From: Antedon mediterranea
Taxonomy: Eukaryota > Animalia > Echinodermata
Length of the DNA stretch: 64,000 nt
Direction: 5' to 3'
NCBI RefSeq assembly: GCF_964355755.1
Contig: NC_092670.1
Location: forward strand, 22,616,795 to 22,680,794
This document shows positions 1 through 12,569 of this stretch, in pieces. The first letter of the stretch is position 1, and each line of letters starts with the position of its first letter. The position numbers and the translations under genes were made by a program. Under the pieces are notes generated by a model. The model was not told where the DNA came from. It was given only the letters and a program-made list of their open reading frames with translations, and did no database searches.

Positions 1-3000
1 CATTGAGGGTGACTACATGAAGTATAACTCAAATTCTGGCTTTGTCCGAGACGAAGCATTGAGACTCACTCCACAGGTAAAGTCACAATTACATAATATA
101 GTTGCACGTCTAAAGCTACAGGATGTATACACTATCAAACTAGTTTGACAAAAAACAGTGTGATGTGCCCAAATATGGTAGTCGTATGATGTTTTTAAAA
201 TGTAAAACATGATTATTATTATTAAATAAATTATTTGGGATATAGTTGCTCTTACAAACACTTGCATGCAGTACATGCAAATTGTATATCTCAGTTTGCA
301 TGACATGGAAATATTAACATTAACAAATACTTATATACAATACATTATCCGCTGTTGTATTATACTGCCTGATCATCAGATAATCCACTGTGACTCATAA
401 AAATATCATCACCAACAAGCACTCCTTGAGCATTATTGTAAACTAATCCTGTTGTGGAATCGCATGATTACTTAACTATAGCTTGAAGTAACACTATACA
501 AATGTAATATGCTAAATATTATAATTCAGGTTAGACTAATTGTGATCTTTACTTATAATATGTAAATCCTTTGATCCCAATAGGAATATGCTGATTTATA
601 AATCTATTTTTATTTCAGATCACGGTCATCTCATGTCAATGACCATTTGACCATTTACTTTTAATATTATTTTTATTAATCAGAATTTTGTATTATTTAA
701 TTGTTTTCTTTTTTAGGCCTTCAGTCATTTCACATTTGAAAGGTCAGGTCACAAGTTGATTGTTGTTGATATTCAAGGTAAATGTTAGTTGATAATATTA
801 ATTTGCATAAAGTTAATTAAGTGTAACTTTACACTACCTGTTTTCAGCAAAAATAATTCAGTTTCAAGTTGAATCAAAATTACATAATTCTAAATATCAG
901 AACAGATATCTACACATAATATTTGTTGTGCTGATTTTTTGACTGACATTATGAACATATGTTGAAATCCTTTTTGTCACATGACACATTGCTTAAATGT
1001 AACTAATTACAGCTTGGTAATCTACTAATCAACTTAGCTTTCACAATATTAGTTTACAACAAGGTCATACTTTCCAGGTCAGTGTTATGCTAATACTTTC
1101 CAGGTCAGTATTATCCTAATACTTCCCAGGTCAGTGTTATGCTAATACTTTCCAGGTCAGTATTATGCTAATACTTCCCAGGTCAGTGTTATGCTCATAT
1201 TCTCAGGTCAGTGTAATGCTAATGCACTTTATATCAGTGTATGCTAATACTTTCCAAATATGTCATCTAATAATTTTAATAACATTTTCTAAATGTGTAT
1301 CATTTTAGGTGTTGGTGACCTTTGGACTGATCCACAGATTCACACCTCCAATGGAACAGAGTACAACGATGGAAATCTTGGTACGAAGGGGATGGCGCTG
1401 TTCTTCTTCACACATACTTGTAACACTATCTGTGAAAAGATGGACATGACACCATTTGATATGCACTCATCAGAAATTGCTGATCATTCTAGATATCTTG
1501 ATATGCATGTAAGACAACTAATTAACAACTGATTATGAAATATATTTATCATGGTAATTTTATAGTACATTTGTTTCTAAGGATGATGTGTGGTGGAAGA
1601 GTAGAAGGATCTGTTAACCATATTAAACCAATGCTGAATCAAACATTTTTTTTTTTAGACATTCAATGAAAGAAAAACAAAATATATAATATTTGATTTT
1701 TATAATAATCTTGTATTTTGTAGAAGAATTCATCAACAGTTTGTAGTGGTGAAGAGGAGCCAGTATTCCGCCCTCGTCCTCGCAAATCAATCACACCACT
1801 TGATATGACCAAGTTCATAATACGCGAAGTTAGAGAACGCCACATATCAGAATGCTCCGAAGAAAGCATGGAAGAAATGGATTACAAGTTTGAAAGACGT
1901 ACGTCTTCTGACAGTAACCGATCGTTATCGGAAAGTTCTGACACTATTGGTGATCTTCCACCGTCACGTTTTGCCAATTCCAGACCGGTCATTGATAAGA
2001 GACGGGCATTGAGATATGGCGCATCAATTTGTTTTACGTCACCTGCATCTCCAGAAGAGGTTTGCATGCCGTCATCTCCTTTGTCAGAGATTGCGGACGA
2101 GGATGAGAACGGAGAGGAGGAACATGGTACGACTACAAATCATGTGACTTTTGGAAGAAATAGAAGCCGTACAATTTCAGGTGGAGAAGGAGACTCTATG
2201 ACGAGGGTATTTTGTACAATATTTTTATCGTTTCTTTTGATTGAGTGGTGCTGAATCAAGATATAGTACTAGGAATAAATAAATATATTTTGCAGCACAT
2301 AGTGACAATAGACCTGACTCATAAAGTTCACTTAAGATCTAAATCTAGACAATATCTACAGTTTAATAATAATAATAATAATAATGATATTCGTTGTTAC
2401 AAGCACAAAACTCTTTTTGGATCAAATATACTCGCATAATGGAGCTTTAATCAGCACAAAGTTTTGTCTTGATCTAACCAGGTACCTATTTATACACCTG
2501 GGTGGAGAAAGGCAAACATAAGTAAAGTGTCTTCCCTAAAGATACAAGCAGTGCAGCAAAAGTTGAATTCAAACTCACTATCTCACGATCAGTAATCCAA
2601 CGTACAACACACTGCACCACACACCCTCAGTTTATAATGTTACTTTTGGCTAGCAAATGTGTGTGCAGCCTAGTAATATCTTTTTTTTCTTGTTAACCAA
2701 TTAGGAAGAAGAAGCCGCTGCATATTTTAAGTGCAACATGAAGGCTCGTGCATCCTGCGTTAATTTGGAAATGCAGTTAAGATTACGAGCAAATATGAGA
2801 AAATCGGATGATTCCATTCTTGGCAAGGTAATGGCTTTGTACAGTACAGAACAAGAGAATGAATGAGATTATTATTAAGACACTTACTAATAACAAATTC
2901 TCTTCCCTAGATTCACATGGACATGGCCCGTTACCACGAAATTGGACGGTTTGCTCAGACAGATGATGTACGTAATATGGAGGCCGCCCTCTATCATCTT

Positions 3001-4093
3001 GAACAGTCGGGCCTCTGTGGATCACTTGAAGCTATCATCAATCTTGCTAAGATATATCTGCAGCTACCGCATGATGTCCTCGAAGACCACTCAGTTGAGG
3101 TGTGTATTATTATTCTCATGTTTAGTGAGTACCCATGTCCCAGTACTTAGCACAATATGTGTTGGTGTGCGTCACTTTTCCAATTCAATTAAATAAATGG
3201 GACACACAGTAGACAAAACACTATACATGTTATACAATGCTAAATTCCTAGGCAATATACAGACCTGGACCGGCATTCACTGTTTTTCCAAGGAAATACC
3301 TTGATGTCTGGAAGTAGTGTTATATTTTTCTTGTTATCCTCCAGGACAATCCTCAAAATCAGGACAAAGGGTTAGACTACATGGAGCAGGCTGCAGATGC
3401 CAGAGACAGGGCTTCACAGATATACATGGCTAAAGCATTTGACACTGGTAATGGCCTAGGCACACAGAGGTAATGAAAATGTATGCAAATTAGGCCTTAA
3501 ACCTGGTCAGTAAATAATAATCAAAATTTAGCAAAAAGATAAAGGTTTAAATTTGTAAAACTCTTTTTTTTCCAGAGAGAAAGATTGGGATGAAGCTCTC
3601 CATTGGTACTCTTCCGTCACAGATGCTCCGCAAGACGATGATTCTGGTGGCTATGATGCTGTCGTTGATACGCCCATATATCAATTGATTGCTAGACAAG
3701 CAGAAATATACAGGGAGGGCGGTTTTGGTGTCGATAAAGATCCATCACGTGCAGGTCAGTTATGTGCTATATATATAATTAATAATTAATACAGTATATT
3801 TAGGACACCTGGCCCAAACACCGTTTCCTCTTAATGTGGGTGTCCCCTGATTAAGGGTTGGCCATAGTGTTCAAATATATATATCATTTCATGGGAAAGT
3901 ATCTTCTTAAAAGGGAGTAATTCTAGTGTAAAAAAGCTTTTTAAATGTTGTACTAAAAATTGATATTAATATTCTAGGTGACCTGTACAATGAAGCAGCA
4001 GAAAGTGCAATGGCAAGTATGAAAGGCCGATTAGCTAATAAATACTACATGTTGGCAGAAGAGGCATATGGAGAGGTCGAGGAAGAAGATTAG
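1..4093 (+). CDS. EEF2K: Eukaryotic elongation factor 2 kinase (alpha-kinase plus SEL1-like C-terminus), 5'-truncated by the window edge
   Basis: GT-AG exons <1-76, 717-777, 1309-1508, 1724-2206, 2705-2827, 2911-3099, 3345-3469, 3576-3754, 3978-4093(TAG) join in frame. They give IEGDYMKYNSNSGFVRDEALRLTPQAFSHFTFERSGHKLIVVDIQGVGDLWTDPQIHT...GNLGTKGMALFFFTHTCNTIC and the C-terminal GDLYNEAAESAMASMKGRLANKYYMLAEEAY, both hallmark eEF2K segments. Confidence 0.96.
1068..1258. repeat. Intronic minisatellite, 26-bp unit (tactttccaggtcagtgttatgctaa), about 7 copies
   Basis: Tandem periodicity read directly (1068, 1094, ...); decays toward the 3' side. Confidence 0.85.
2365..2625 (-). mobile_element. 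Degenerate tRNA-derived SINE in an eEF2K intron
   Basis: Minus strand shows a decayed A-box/B-box head, then a core ...ctttagggaagacactttac...ctccacccaggtgtataaataggtacc..., then a (TTA)n tail. The body is shared with 28560-28740. Confidence 0.6.
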
Positions 4094-5418
4094 TGAGGTC
4101 AAACAACAAGATTAGTGAGGTCTAACAACTACAAGGTTGGCAAAAGATATACGTTCCTTTGATCTTAACGTATGTAGGTAAAATTATTTGCGAATGTGTA
4201 AATAATCTTTAATTTTGTCTTATCTTTCTTTCATCATAATTTAAAAACAAAAACATTGCTTTTGAAATCAATTTTACAATACATTTCAAATTTTAACATT
4301 TGCATAATTTAAAGTTTTATTTTCTGTAATTGATTAAGAAATTTAAGTTAATTTGGTAAAATGTTGAATAAACCTTTTAGAACATATTAGTTTGCACATC
4401 CTGGAGGTGTATGTGAAATGATAAACAACTGTTTTATCTTTTGATTACATTGATCTGTCTTAAGAAATTTTATGGATATTATTTGGGGATTGGAGGAGGA
4501 GAATCTCCATTATGTTTTCTCAGTCATGTTAGCCTAGGCTAATGTCTTAGCTACAGAGGGCGAAATTTCATTTTAGACGTCAATTTTTACAAAACAACAA
4601 AATAATGCCTAAGCAGAACCTGACATCTTTATCAATACAATCGTATTACTACCATAAAATGTATAAAATGGCAAATATTAGCAATACGTTTTGCTACAAA
4701 CTGTTATTTTAATTTGTTTTGATTTAAATTAGAAAATGCAATCATGTAATATTTAGTACTGTAAAATTTACAAGTTATAGCCCATCTACTAACATACACA
4801 TACTATAAATTGTTTGCCTTTTCAGTAAAAAAGCAGCAACTAACAAAGCAACATTCCATAGAATCGATACTAATGGACATGGCATTATATATATGCAGTA
4901 GAACCACTATATTTGGTGTGACACAAGGGTGTCCACTGAAGAATAGGAGATGGATAATACAGCATACATTTCACAATTTGATAGATAGATTAATAGATTT
5001 AATCCTTAACATTATATGAGAATGCATACTTTATGAGACAAAATATCGGTTTATAATATTTGCTTAATTTTGAATTAATCAAATGTAAAAATATTCATGT
5101 TCTTTTGTTTGAATGATTTTTGTTTCTATCTTAGATAGGATACAAGATATCATTTTGTTTAATTAATTTTTTAACGACATAGTTTACTTCCAATAATCTT
5201 TCGTATTGGTGCTAGAGTTCTTAAATAACTAGAAAGCCACTATAATAGTAATGTCAGTTTCTTGTAAAGCTAAATTATTGTGATATTGCAAGAGGTTTTC
5301 TAAACTCAAATTTACTGTATTTTTTTCTTTTTTGGATGATGTTACAGTTCTTAACTTTCTACCACTCTTTTTGAAGCTTCATTCCTTCTATCCTTCTTTA
5401 AGGAAATAATGTTAATTT

Positions 5419-5675
5419 ATACAGTAGATTGGGATCCCAATTAACAAAGTGTCTGCTTAATTAGGGGTTGGCAACGTGTTAATATTTCCCCTTGTTTATT
5501 TCAGTGGAAAGTGTCCCTTGAATAAGTGTCTGTCTACACTATCAAACTTGATGTGACAACAAAATATGATGTGCCCATATATGGACACAATGATGTCATA
5601 CATGAGCATATCACTATCATATTTGGGCCTATTACACTTTTTTTGAATAAGGGTGTCCCAACAAGATTCTACTGT
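5419..5675. mobile_element. TACAGT...ACTGT (Tc1/mariner-like) MITE containing a nested partial Harbinger-type MITE (about 5529-5645)
   Basis: Ends tacagtaga...tctactgt, with gtgtccc/ttaa subrepeats shared with 3789-3930 and 32857-32992. The internal tctgtctacactatcaaac... matches the family at 35112. Confidence 0.55.
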
Positions 5676-7090
5676 TTAGTTGTATTTTGAAACACAATTT
5701 TTGATTTTGATTTTTTTTTCTACATTTCAACTACCTCACAAGTTATTTTTTATAAATTTAAAAAAAATTTGTATTTTATTCTGACATACACACACAAACA
5801 AATCGACAAATTTTTATGTTTTTGTAGACATCTTTTTTTTCGAATTTTCAAGTTTAACAATTAAATGTAAAGAACCAATGTAGAAAATTAGGGGAACATT
5901 ATTAACATGATGGTACCACACACTTTGTTATACTATTTCTACCTTTATCAAGTTCATATTGATTATTGACTATGATTTAATATTGATTATACATTTTAGA
6001 GGACACAACATAACCTACATGTTTGTCCAGATTTCCAAGCATTTCACACTTTTATTCTTTATATATTTTAAACAATAATACCTTTCTGGAATTCTTTATT
6101 AGATTGTCGTTATGTTAATGTTTATTACATTATGTTAGTATGTTATAATAAAATTTAATATAAAAAAAAATCAGTATTAAAAAACAATTAGTTTAAGTCT
6201 CTGACTAGTAAAGTCACGCCAAAATTAACTGAATATAATATTAAATATGGAACTTTTATTACAGCTTTTACTTTTATTTAAATTCCTTTCAATTATTTTA
6301 AACCACAATATTATGAAATAAAAGTGATGAGATACAACTTAATGGATTCTTATTAATAAAATGTTTTTAAAAACATGAAATTGTAGCAGACAATTTAGCT
6401 TTTTATAGCAATCTTTTGTACTAAAGTTGTGAGTTTTATTACTAATGCTATGCTGTACAAGTTGTATTACTTCAGAACACGAGTTCCATCAATATTGATA
6501 GGATCTTGATACAAGATCTGTATATAATAATTGATATAGTTCAGTCAGTAATTGTGTTAGAGAAAAAACTATTATTATAATAATAATAGTCAAATGTTGA
6601 AATCTTGATAACTGCTTAAATGCAATACAATACAAGATCTATACCGATAGTAGTTGGTAAATGTCTTTAATGTGTTTTAATCTTGGTATTATCGATAGGA
6701 ATTGAATGCCTGAATAGAGTGAATCACTTGGCACAATCTACCGTATAGACATTTCTGCTGTGTGTAACACAATGGTCAGTATATTATAGTGTTAACACTG
6801 TATTAGGTCAAGTAGTTGGGAGTGCATGCCCCTCCCACTTTTGAAAGTTGAGTTTTCTAGATTTGTCAATACCAAATAAACATGAACGTGTATGAAATAC
6901 ACCATACATTTGTCAAATTGCAACTGGTTCTGTATGCCTTCGATAAATAAACAACTAAAATACAGAATTTTTGTCTACATATGATTTTTTATTTTATTCT
7001 ACTCTTGTTTACTGTATAAAGATTGCCTTTTAAAATGCAAGTTACATAAAAAATTTATATTTTGTTTGTAAATTTCAGTTTTTATATTAT

Positions 7091-10000
7091 TTAATAAAGC
7101 ATGAATTGACATTTTCCTTTCCATCTATCAACTTCTTCACGTTCTTCTGCTGTCAAACCACCAGGGTACATTTTCCTGGTCTTCATTTCATCTGTAATGG
7201 AAGAGTTCCGTCTGGTACACTCTGCTGATGACCGCTTACCTGCTCCGGCTGCCATTGCAACACGTGAGCTGGTATTAAAGTGCATATGGCGTGAATCAGC
7301 ATCAAAACTCCTCTCGTTAAGACGAGTGACGGATGCCATCAGGTCGTCTGTAGCCATGTTTATTTGTGAACCACCTGGACGAAGAGCACCATGGTTAAGT
7401 GCGAGGGAGCCTCGGCGTAGATTAGCTTTGCGATTCGAGGCCGCCATCATCATAAGACTTGATTTACGGTCTGGTTCTGTTCCAGAGTAATCGTCCATTG
7501 TGTGGTACATCATCATTGGTTGTTGTACTGCTTGAAAAACATTATTTCTCTTGTTTTATGTTTCAAATAAAGGCAAGTAATCGCAATCGCAAACATTCTT
7601 TAACTTTTAAGTCAACACATTTACAAACGTATGCACAAAATGCACAATTTTTACCAAGACAACTGGGATTGGGAGGTTGGAATACAATTTTTTAATTCCA
7701 TGTTACATGTCAATACAATTATTAAATTTATCTAAACTTAAACTTGAACTTAATTGACTAAACAAACATGTAGCAATAGTCTTACAGTTATGGTCACTGA
7801 GTTGAATGCTAATCTTCTGGGCGGCTGGTCCTCTAAGTCCAGTATGTTCAGCTCTTTCTAACATGCCCAGATGATGAGTCACATTGGAATCCGCTCTAAT
7901 AAATTTAATATCATAGGTTAAGATTCTATGTATTATTTTATTTTGTATTAACAAATTGTAGCGTATCTTTGCAAGTCTGATAACATTCATACTTACGTAT
8001 GTTTGATAGCGACAGCTCGTAGTATGTTTGTGACCAGTGATGGTTCCTTCTGTTTCATAGCACGCTGACTCAATGCATAACCATGGGACGCATCAGCCTC
8101 CATGGGCTTCCAAGTGTCGCCACCTAAAAGAGAAGGGTTAAGGCATGTTAAAACTGATGAGAAAAGAGATACAGAGAGGAACACTGAAACACAGGAACTA
8201 GATTACCATAACTAGCCTCAAAGAACACTCGCACCATCTGGTCTTTCTCAATTATCTACCAATACGGAGAACTGAGATACGGAGAGAAACACTGCAACCC
8301 AGGAACTAGATTACCATAACTAGCCTCAAGGAACACTCGCACCATCTGGTCTTTCTCAATTATCTACCAATACCAATACGGAGAACTGAGATACGGAGAG
8401 AAACACTGCAACCCAGGAACTAGATTACCATAGCTAGTCTCAAGGAACAATCACACCATCTGGTCTTTTTCAATTATCTACCAATACCAATACGGAGAAC
8501 TGAGATACAGAGAGGAACACTGAGACCCAGGAACTAGAATACCATAGCTAGCCTCAAAGAACAATCACATCATCTGGCCATTGTCTACCAATACCAATAT
8601 AGAGAACTGAGATACAGAGAGGAACACTGAGACTGGGGAACTAAAATACCATAGCTAGCCTCAAAGAACAATCACATCATCTGGTCATTTTCTACCAATA
8701 CCAATATGGATAACTGAGGTACAGAGAGTGACCCAAGAACTATAGTTTGGTCTCATGTCTCATCTTATGTTTGGTTAATAACTGAGTGTCAATTTTTTGG
8801 GGTTTTCCCTTAAGCGTGGTTCCCACTAGCGACGCAACGCAAGGGACGTAACGCAACGCAAGTGAATTGACCAATCACAAGCGATGGCTAACTGTCTATA
8901 ACTTCGCTTGTCATTGGTTAAAACGCTTGCGTTGCGTTTACGTCCTTGCGTTACGTTCTAGTGGGAACCACGCTTTACCAAGTGAAGCTAATGACGAACA
9001 AGGTGTTCCAAAGTCAGCAGTTGATGTGTCAATAGGTCGATTCAACCAATCAGAATGCTTTAAATGATCGACAGTGGCACGACATCTTGGCTCTAAACAA
9101 AGCATTGATCTTACAAAAGACCGACAATCTTCAAAAAAGAAAAAGAAAGTTTATCTTACATGTATAGTATTGTTTTACCAAGCCTTTTACACCATCTCAA
9201 AATGGGGCTTGATTTACACGGTAAAGTGGGCCTACTGTTGTGCATCAAAAGGATTCACAATTCCATAAGACACACAACTCTGCAAACTTGTGCTAACATC
9301 TTCTTACCTTTTGACACTTTCTTCTCAAAATGAAGCTTTTCTCTTCGTCTAAAAGACGCCATTAAGATATTGAAGTCATCATCGCGAAATGGCAATCGCC
9401 CACACAACATGGCGTAAATAACTATACCTGTAATAAGTATTGATTGATAATCAATGTTATAGTTTACTTATTTTGTTGCTGGGCTTAAAGAAAATGCTTA
9501 TATGTTTCTTCCCACGTTCTCGAAGGGTAGGCCTATACATATAAAATGAATGATCTGTTTTCTGTGGCCGGATGAGGTTGATAACTTACCCATACTCCAA
9601 ATATCTGCCATTTTCCCGTCGTAACAAATACCTTCATGGATTTCAGGTGCGGTGTACACGAATGAACCACACGCTGTGTCAAGCAGGGTGCTGCGGTCAC
9701 AAAAAGTCGAAAAGCCTAGATCTTTAAAATAAAGGCAAGGTTTAAAGGTGAATTCCAAAGAGACAACCAAGCAATTCGCTGCAAACGAACAACTGAAGCG
9801 CCTGTATGCAAATTGAGAGATATTTTAATTATTCGGTTACTTTTAACCAATGAGAGAATCGTTATTTATGCATCATACACGTAGCAGCCAATGAGAGAGG
9901 AAACGCTAACATCAATAACCTGAACGTGGAGGGAAGATAGCCAATGAGAGGCCTGGATGCTTTTAACTGTGGGCGTTTGCAACCCAAAACACGTATAGTA

Positions 10001-12045
10001 GTTAGAGTAGATATTGCTTTAGATATCGCCAAAAAGTTAAATTACCAGCTAATTTTATGTTATTTTGTCGATCCAACAAAACGTTTTCACACTTGATATC
10101 GCGATGTACAATATCTAAATTGTGTAAATACGTCACGACGTCCAATAGTTGATGAAAAATGCGACGTGACTCGCATTCCGAAAGATGTCCTGGAATAAAA
10201 ATAAGAAGTAATCTAATGATTATAAATAATTGAATATAAATAATAATTGTACCGCACCAAACAATTTAGAAAATAAAATTGCGATTATCAATGCGACTTT
10301 TCAATGCTAAAGGGTATTGTGTGGTAAAAGTCATTAGAATATCAAACAATGAAATTATATTATATATAAATATACCCTTTCTGTTGATGTAGTCTAACAA
10401 GTCTCCGCCAGGAAGATATTCCATAATTATGTAAGTGTGTTTATTTGTCAAAAGTGCTCCTTCGAATCCAATCTGAAATTGTATAAAAAAGAAAGACCGC
10501 TAAATATTATGCTGATTTTGAAGCCCGAGGGGAGGTAGATGGTTTTCTATGTGGAGGTTGGGTGAAGACAGAGAAGTACATCTTGGTATCTCACAACCTA
10601 TCAGCATCTCCAACACAATAATAATGTCATTGGTGGTGAGTACAACTAGGTTTGAACCAAAGCACTGGCGATGTAAAGCACACAAATAAACCACAAGCAA
10701 CAGAGCCACTTACCAGCCGTTCGTGGCCAAGCGTTTTCATTATTGTAATTTCTCTTGGAATAATCTTCTTGGTATACTCTTCCGGCGCATTCTCTTTTGA
10801 TATTATTTTGATTGCTAGATCTTTGTTGAGCTTCTCACTATGGACCTTCACCACCTGTACAACAATGCAAATCAACAAGACAAATTGTCATTGTCATGAT
10901 ATTGTCCGACATCGTCACGATATTGTCCGACATTGTCACGATATTGTCCGACATTGTCACGATATTGTCCGACATTGTTACGATATTGTCCGACATTGTC
11001 ACGATATTGTCCGACATTGTCACGATATTGTCCGACATTTTCACAATATTGTCCGACATTGTTATGATATTGTCCGACATTGTCATGATATTGTCTGACA
11101 TTGTCACGATATTTTCTGACATTGTCACGATAGTGTCCGACATTGTTATGATATTGTCTGTCATTGTCACAATATTGTCCGACATTTTCACAATATTGTC
11201 CGACATTGTTATGATATTGTCCGACATTTTCACAATATTGTCTGACATTGTCACGATATTGTCTGACATTGTCACGATAGTGTCCGACATTGTCACGATA
11301 TTGTCTGTCATTGTCACGATATTGTCCGACATTTTCACAATATTGTCCGACATTGTTATGATATTGTCCGACATTAATTGTCATGATATTGTCCGACATT
11401 GTCATGATATTGTCTGACATTGTCACGATATTGTCTGACATTGTCACGATATTGTCCGACATTGTCACGATATTGTCTGACATTGTCATGATATTGTCTG
11501 ACATTGTTACGATATTGTCCGACATTGTCACGATATTGTCCGATATTGTCACGATATTGTCTGACATTGTCACGATATTGTCCGACATTGTCACGATATT
11601 GTCCGACATTGTCACAATATTGTCCGACATTGTCACAATGTTGTCTGTCATTGTCAAGTATGATTTGTTGTTCATAATAAAGGTAAGTTAGCATTTAATT
11701 TGGAATAGACAAAAATGCCTAATACTAAAACGATATATCTAATAGTAAATACATTATAGAAAGCCATAATTTTAATACATGAAAATTGTATTAGGCCTAT
11801 TGTCACATTGATTACAGATCTATTTTCATATATTTGTTAGATCTACTACCCTACTCTACATTTGTATAAAAAATTTAACTTACCTTTGAAAACATTCCTT
11901 CGCCTAATGTTCGACCTATCTGTATCCCAAGTCCCAGAGAATCTAAAGGGTTACTTTGTTTGCGAGGTGTCCAGCAGCTATTGCCTCTTCTTTTCTTCAT
12001 TTCAAACTCCTCACTTGAGTAAAATATTTGGTCGTCTGCTGGCAT
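7091..12045 (-). CDS. Testis-specific serine/threonine kinase-like (TSSK family, CAMK group), 10 exons, 539 aa
   Basis: Exons 12045-11884, 10854-10714, 10472-10376, 10189-10046, 9721-9590, 9427-9308, 9128-8979, 8123-7997, 7895-7786, 7527-7091 total 1620 nt with all phases compatible. Motifs: LGEGMFSKV, AIKII, PREI, MEYLPGGDLL, HRDIKCENVLL (TSSK-type KCEN), DLG, TACGSFVYTAPE, DIWSMG, GRLPF. Confidence 0.9.
8160..8745. repeat. Intronic tandem repeat, about 110-114-bp unit, about 5 copies
   Basis: The ggaacta...taccata motif recurs near 8193, 8302, 8416, 8530 and 8637. Confidence 0.9.
8813..8974. mobile_element. PIF/Harbinger (Tourist-like) foldback MITE with TTA target-site duplication
   Basis: TIR agcgtggttcccactag...ctagtgggaaccacgct, a nearly fully palindromic body, and TTA at 8810-8812 and 8975-8977. 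Confidence 0.85.
10885..11656. repeat. 21-bp minisatellite (gatattgtccgacattgtcac) in intron 1 of the TSSK-like gene
   Basis: About 36 tandem copies; they produce the spurious MSDNIVT/CHDIVRH ORFs. Confidence 0.95.
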
Positions 12046-12183
12046 TATGACGTGGTTATTGAATTTATTAATTTGTGAAGCAAAAATATGACATACAGTC
12101 CCACTGTGCCTTAACGTTTAAGTCTGTGCGTCCTTTTCTCTAAACTTTAAATTTTGGTGGTATAGTGTGTATACTTTTATATC

Positions 12184-12226
12184 GTAACCTAGTAACTTGC
12201 GTACGTATTGATGCGTACTTAGCAAC
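12184..12226. promoter_or_regulatory. RFX X-box (GTAACC-T-AGTAAC) plus a half site (TAGCAAC) upstream of the TSSK-like gene
   Basis: 12184-12196 matches GTNRCC(N0-3)RGYAAC, about 140 bp upstream of the ATG at 12045, which fits a cilia/flagellum gene. Confidence 0.55.
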
Positions 12227-12569
12227 AGTGGGCATACGTACGCGTACACGTGTATCTAATGTGTAGAGTTTGGTTGCCGGTGTAAGATTGAAATGTGTCC
12301 ATCATTCAAAAGTGTCCGGGTGGACACTTTTCAGCATTGGATAGTGTCCAATTGCATGTTTCAACGGGTTCGCGGGCGTTTTCCAACAATTTAATGCTGT
12401 CCGGCGCGTTTAATAATGTCTGACCCTTGGATTGAATACCGTCCGTGGTTGAGATTTGAGATTCAGGTTTTGATCGTGATTGCGCATGCACTTGTCTTTT
12501 TTTAACGACCACTATTTGTTAATAATGCCAAACTAGTTTTTATTTTTCAAAGATAACTTGGCTTAAAAC

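Noticed and set aside
9845-9950. Three ccaatgagag motifs in a kinase intron as an internal promoter
   Set aside because: The motifs are short and have no other support; they could be a repeat remnant.
10652-11694. Long ORFs of MSDNIVT / CHDIVRH / NVGQYRD repeats
   Set aside because: They are by-products of a stop-free 21-bp minisatellite inside intron 1 of the kinase gene.
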